This document shows, in pieces, positions 53,590-56,813 of a DNA stretch of 56,813 nucleotides. The DNA is taken from contig CAYZAW010000001.1 in NCBI GenBank assembly GCA_964476505.1, positions 1-56,813 of the forward strand, written 5' to 3'. Source of the stretch: an uncultured Oscillospiraceae bacterium. GTDB taxonomy: Bacteria; Bacillota; Clostridia; Christensenellales; CAG-138. Positions within the stretch are counted from its first letter, which is position 1, and each line of letters opens with the position of its first letter. The notes under the pieces were generated by a model. The model saw only the letters and a program-made list of their open reading frames with translations, was not told the DNA's origin and made no database searches. A program made the translations under genes and the position numbers.

Positions 53590-54945
53590 ATGTCAACGTT
53601 TTTCTTGTTTGCGCTCATTGTGGTGGCTGTAATAGCCATGGTGCTTGCAATCTCCAAGTTAAAGCTGCACCCGTTTATCGTAATGGTGGTAATTGCGATA
53701 CTGGTGGGCCTCGTTGCAGGCGCTGTTGATCCGTCTCTGGAACTGACGCCCGTTGCCGTTATCAACACGGTTAAATCCGGCTTCGGCAACATACTGGGCA
53801 ACATCGGTATCGTGATACTTTGCGGCACGATCATTGGTACCATCCTGGAAAAGACCGGCGCGGCGCTGACCATGGCAAACGCCATTCTCAAGGTGGTCGG
53901 TAAAAAACGCAGCGTTCTGGCTATGGGCGCTATGGGCTATGTAACCGGCATCCCCGTATTCTGCGATTCCGGCTTCGTGGTTCTTTCTCCCATCAACCGC
54001 GCATTGGCGGCGCAAAGCAACACCTCCCTTGCAGTAATGGCAACGGCGCTTTCCGGCGGCTTGTACGCCACCCACTGCTTGGTGCCTCCCACTCCCGGCC
54101 CCATTGCTATGGCCGGTACGTTGGAAGCCGATTTAGGCCTTGTGATCATCGTTGGCCTCTTGGTATCTATCCCTGCAACGCTGATCGCCATTCTTTATGC
54201 AAAGAAGGTATCTAGCAAGATCAATATCGACGCGAACCCCGAGTACACCATGGAACAGCTGCAAGAAAAGTACGGCAAGCTCCCCGGCACGCTGCACAGC
54301 TTTTCTCCCATCCTGCTGCCCATCCTGCTCATCGCACTCGCTTCCGTGGCTGCGCTGCCCTCTAAGCCCTTTGGCGAAGGCTTCTTGTCCACGTTTATCA
54401 CCTTCATCGGTAACCCGGTGGTAGCGCTGGTGCTGGGTGTGTTCCTCTCCATGACGCTGATCCCTTCCTCCGAGAAAAAGAACACGCTGGACTGGGTCAC
54501 CAAGGGCGTTCTAGACTCCGCTGCCATTATCGCCATCACTGGTGCCGGCGGTTCCTTCGGCGCGATCCTGCAAAAGCTGCCCATCGCTGCGGCTACGGAA
54601 GGCTTGCTCCAAACCGGCCTTGGTATTTTGATCCCCTTCGTGATCGCAATGATCCTGAAGCTGGCTATGGGCGCGTCCACCGTTGCTATGATCAGCACCG
54701 CCAGCATGGTGTTCCCGATGCTGGCCAGCATGGGTATGACATCGCCATTCGGCCGTGTACTTGTGGTATTGGCCATCGGCGCGGGCTCCATGGTAGCCTC
54801 TCATGCCAACGACTCCTACTTCTGGGTGGTGTCTCAGTTCTCCGACATGAAAACGAGCGATGCGTATCGCTGCCAGACCGGCATGACAGCCGTTATGGGC
54901 GTTTGCGTGATCATCATCCTCTTCATCATCTCTCTGTTCGTCTAG
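53590..54945 (+). CDS. GntP-family permease (gluconate/glycerate:H+ symporter type)
   Basis: 451 aa, about 12 TM. N-terminus LHPFIVMVVIAILVGLVAG, and the mid and C-terminal GntP blocks (GSMVASHANDSYFW). Confidence 0.9.
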   Translation: MSTFFLFALIVVAVIAMVLAISKLKLHPFIVMVVIAILVGLVAGAVDPSLELTPVAVINTVKSGFGNILGNIGIVILCGTIIGTILEKTGAALTMANAILKVVGKKRSVLAMGAMGYVTGIPVFCDSGFVVLSPINRALAAQSNTSLAVMATALSGGLYATHCLVPPTPGPIAMAGTLEADLGLVIIVGLLVSIPATLIAILYAKKVSSKINIDANPEYTMEQLQEKYGKLPGTLHSFSPILLPILLIALASVAALPSKPFGEGFLSTFITFIGNPVVALVLGVFLSMTLIPSSEKKNTLDWVTKGVLDSAAIIAITGAGGSFGAILQKLPIAAATEGLLQTGLGILIPFVIAMILKLAMGASTVAMISTASMVFPMLASMGMTSPFGRVLVVLAIGAGSMVASHANDSYFWVVSQFSDMKTSDAYRCQTGMTAVMGVCVIIILFIISLFV

Positions 54946-55007
54946 TACGGCTTGGTAATACGGCAGATATTTGCGTGTTAGTGCTAGGCTGACAGCAGTA
55001 CAGGGCA

Positions 55008-55043
55008 CAGCCCGCCGGTTTACCGGCGGGCTGGCTTGTTTAT
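55008..55043 (+). terminator. Rho-independent terminator between the permease and the glycerate kinase gene
   Basis: CAGCCCGCCGGT-TT-ACCGGCGGGCTG followed by GCTTGTTTAT. Confidence 0.65.
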
Positions 55044-55094
55044 ACGGTATGCTTAGGTGTAAAATGAAACAAATCGGAAAGGACGGTGTTCTGT

Positions 55095-56330
55095 ATGGAT
55101 GCTCTCAGGCAGGACGCGCAAACGATCATTGACGCGGCGCTGTTGGCGGCACAGCCGGATACGGCAGTCGCAAAGGCACTGAAGGACTTTACGCGCCCGG
55201 CGGGAAAGCTGGTGCTGATCGCCGCAGGCAAGGCCGCGTGGCAGATGGCAAAAACCGCATGCGATATTTTAGGAAACGAGATCAACGACGGGGTCGTGAT
55301 CACGAAATACTGTCACGCAATGGGCGACCTTCCACATGTGCGCGTATACGAGGCGGGGCATCCCGTGCCGGACGATAACTCCTTTTTAGCAACGGAACAG
55401 GCGATTCTTGCCGTGTCTGACCTAACAGAAAACGACGCTGTGCTGTTCCTGTTATCCGGCGGCGGCTCGGCGCTGTTTGAAAAGCCCTTGATTCCCGCTG
55501 CCGAGTTGGAGGCAGTCACCAAGCAAATGCTGTCCTGCGGGGCGGATATCGTGGAGATCAACACCATCCGCAAGCGCCTCTCTGCGGTGAAGGGCGGAAG
55601 GTTTGCAAACATCTGTGCGCCTGCGCAGGTGTATTCCATCGTGCTGTCAGACATACTGGGCGACCCGCTGGACATGATCGCCTCCGGCCCGGCATACCCG
55701 GACAGCTCCACGGCACAGCAGGCCGTTGCAATCGTAAAAAAATACGGTCTTACGCTGTCGGAGCAGGCCATGGCACTTCTTTGGCAGGAAACGCCAAAAT
55801 CCCTTTCCAACGTGAAAACACAGATCACCGGCAGTGTGCGGCAGCTTTGCGCCGCTGCCGAGGAAGCCTGCCGCCGCCTTGGATATGCGCCGCAGGTATT
55901 AACGGCAAGCCTGCGCTGCACGGCGCGGGATGCGGGCAGCTTTTTGGCCTCTGTTGCCCAGTATTATGCGGATTGCGACCACTCCGTGGCGTTTATTGCG
56001 GGCGGGGAAACGGTGGTGCAGTTAACGGGCAGCGGGCTTGGCGGGCGCAATCAGGAAATCGCGCTTTCCGCCGCCAATGAGATCGCAGAATTGCGGGATA
56101 CGGCGGTGTTCTCTGTGGGCTCCGACGGTACGGACGGCCCAACGGACGCCGCTGGCGGTTATTGCGACAGCACCACCAAGCGCCGCCTGAACGCGCTTGG
56201 CATAGACATTGCCGCCGTATTGCAGGATAACGACGCATACCATGCTTTGGAGAAATGCGACGGGCTGATCATCACCGGCCCCACGGGCACCAACGTGAAC
56301 GACGTATCCGTGCTTTTGATCAAGCGGTAA
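55095..56330 (+). CDS. MOFRL-family glycerate kinase (glycerate 2-kinase / TtuD-like)
   Basis: DUF4147-type N-terminal domain (LIAAGKAAW.MA) and the MOFRL block GGETVVQLTGSGLGGRNQE...VGSDGTDGPTDAAGG...TGPTGTNVND. The start is ATG 55095 or GTG 55086. Confidence 0.85.
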   Translation: MDALRQDAQTIIDAALLAAQPDTAVAKALKDFTRPAGKLVLIAAGKAAWQMAKTACDILGNEINDGVVITKYCHAMGDLPHVRVYEAGHPVPDDNSFLATEQAILAVSDLTENDAVLFLLSGGGSALFEKPLIPAAELEAVTKQMLSCGADIVEINTIRKRLSAVKGGRFANICAPAQVYSIVLSDILGDPLDMIASGPAYPDSSTAQQAVAIVKKYGLTLSEQAMALLWQETPKSLSNVKTQITGSVRQLCAAAEEACRRLGYAPQVLTASLRCTARDAGSFLASVAQYYADCDHSVAFIAGGETVVQLTGSGLGGRNQEIALSAANEIAELRDTAVFSVGSDGTDGPTDAAGGYCDSTTKRRLNALGIDIAAVLQDNDAYHALEKCDGLIITGPTGTNVNDVSVLLIKR

Positions 56331-56359
56331 TAAACAGGCTAAAATTACACAGAAACAGT

Positions 56360-56393
56360 AAAACGCAGATGTGGTTTGTTACATCTGCGTTTT
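56360..56393. terminator. Bidirectional rho-independent terminator
   Basis: AAAACGCAGATGT-GGTTTGTT-ACATCTGCGTTTT between convergent genes. Confidence 0.75.
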
Positions 56394-56426
56394 GCTGTTT
56401 GATAGTAGGCTCGAAAATTCGTTTTT

Positions 56427-56813
56427 TTAGGAAAGCATTTGATCGGGATTGTAATGCATATCCAGAAGCGTAATGATGAGCTTTGTGGTCAGTTGGAAGT
56501 CGTTTGGCAGCTTATGCACGTTCATACGGAACTCGTGAGACTTGCCCTTGGGGGTTTTTAGCTGCACGATGATGCTGCCGTTGGTAAGTGTTCTGTCGTC
56601 CGCAATGCGGTGCACAAGCTCCTGCATCTTTTTAACGGTGAGGGTGTCGGCTACCATATCCGCCAGCAGCAGATACCAGAACTTGCGGTTATCGTAGGTG
56701 CCCGCGATGTAATTGCCAATGGAGGGATCATAGATGAATTCGCCGCTGAGCCAGTCGCATTCGATGATGGCAACGCCGGAGCATTCCAGTGCGGCTTCAT
56801 AGCGGGTCACGTC
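56427..56813 (-). CDS. C-terminal part of a hypothetical protein (PAS-like fold?); 5' end lies outside the window
   Basis: The ORF is open to the window edge. The sequence ...GVAIIECDW..GEFIYDPS...FRMNVHKL... loosely resembles a PAS/sensor domain. Confidence 0.4.
   Translation of the reverse strand, partial: DVTRYEAALECSGVAIIECDWLSGEFIYDPSIGNYIAGTYDNRKFWYLLLADMVADTLTVKKMQELVHRIADDRTLTNGSIIVQLKTPKGKSHEFRMNVHKLPNDFQLTTKLIITLLDMHYNPDQMLS

Noticed and set aside
1-56813. Search by eye for tRNA/rRNA genes, known riboswitches, transposase/integrase genes, toxin-antitoxin pairs or defence systems
   Set aside because: No intergenic region shows tRNA-like T-arm/acceptor features or rRNA-like sequence. 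No ORF shows DDE, tyrosine- or serine-recombinase, Cas, restriction-modification or abortive-infection motifs. All intergenic regions are 312 nt or shorter. Covariance-model scans (tRNAscan-SE, Infernal/Rfam) and DefenseFinder/PADLOC would be needed to make this negative call definitive.

Overview
This 56.8 kb window looks like an ordinary chromosomal segment. Coding sequence is GC-rich, intergenic spacers are short and AT-rich, and GGAGG-type ribosome binding sites are strong. The gene families present include a YesM/YesN-type two-component system, CUT1 and CUT2 sugar ABC systems, LacI/GntR/DeoR/AraC/CdaR regulators, a YoaP-type GNAT and a DUF6485-like Cys-rich peptide. They suggest a saccharolytic Firmicutes/Clostridia gut anaerobe, but this is inference only. 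I support about 50 protein-coding genes or gene remnants. I recognised no rRNA, tRNA, CRISPR array, transposase, integrase, phage gene or known defence gene.

Layout:
- 0-8.3 kb: miscellaneous accessory genes. These are an LRR fragment, a hydrolase/ABC-exporter operon, an AAC(6')-like GNAT, an MBL-fold protein, an isochorismatase-family protein and two tandem esterase-like lipoproteins.
- 8.4-13.0 kb: a gldA-VOC-ADH-ADH operon divergent from a GntR/HutC regulator.
- 13.1-18.5 kb: a decayed CUT2 ABC locus made of chimeric ORFs, running into a 5'-truncated PAS-GGDEF cyclase.
- 18.6-20.1 kb: an AraC/GyrI regulator plus a Cys-rich protein.
- 20.1-40.3 kb: a large polyol / 6-deoxy-sugar catabolic island.
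  - Plus-strand genes: a LacI-PBP1-SBP fusion regulator, a CUT2 ABC system, FucU, an FGGY kinase, a GatD-like dehydrogenase, an aldo/keto reductase (AKR), a GatZ-like protein, a KdgT-like permease, FucI and a RhaB-like kinase.
  - Convergent operon on the other strand: DeoR, SrlD-like, PHP and SorE-like genes.
- 40.4-48.4 kb: a GH31 + CUT1 ABC + YesMN locus.
- 48.5-56.8 kb: membrane and GNAT genes, then an MBL-CdaR-GntP-glycerate kinase module.

Most noteworthy observations:
- The island encodes phospho-polyol dehydrogenase homologues and a GatZ homologue, but no PTS, no GatY and no FucA. This suggests a PTS-independent route.
- The 751-aa LacI regulator carries two different ligand-binding modules.
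- Several deletion/fusion junctions create chimeric ORFs, and they may place a diguanylate cyclase behind a sugar-operon promoter.
- Both tandem esterase-family lipoproteins have lost the catalytic serine.

All family assignments come from motif reading by eye. No database search was run.
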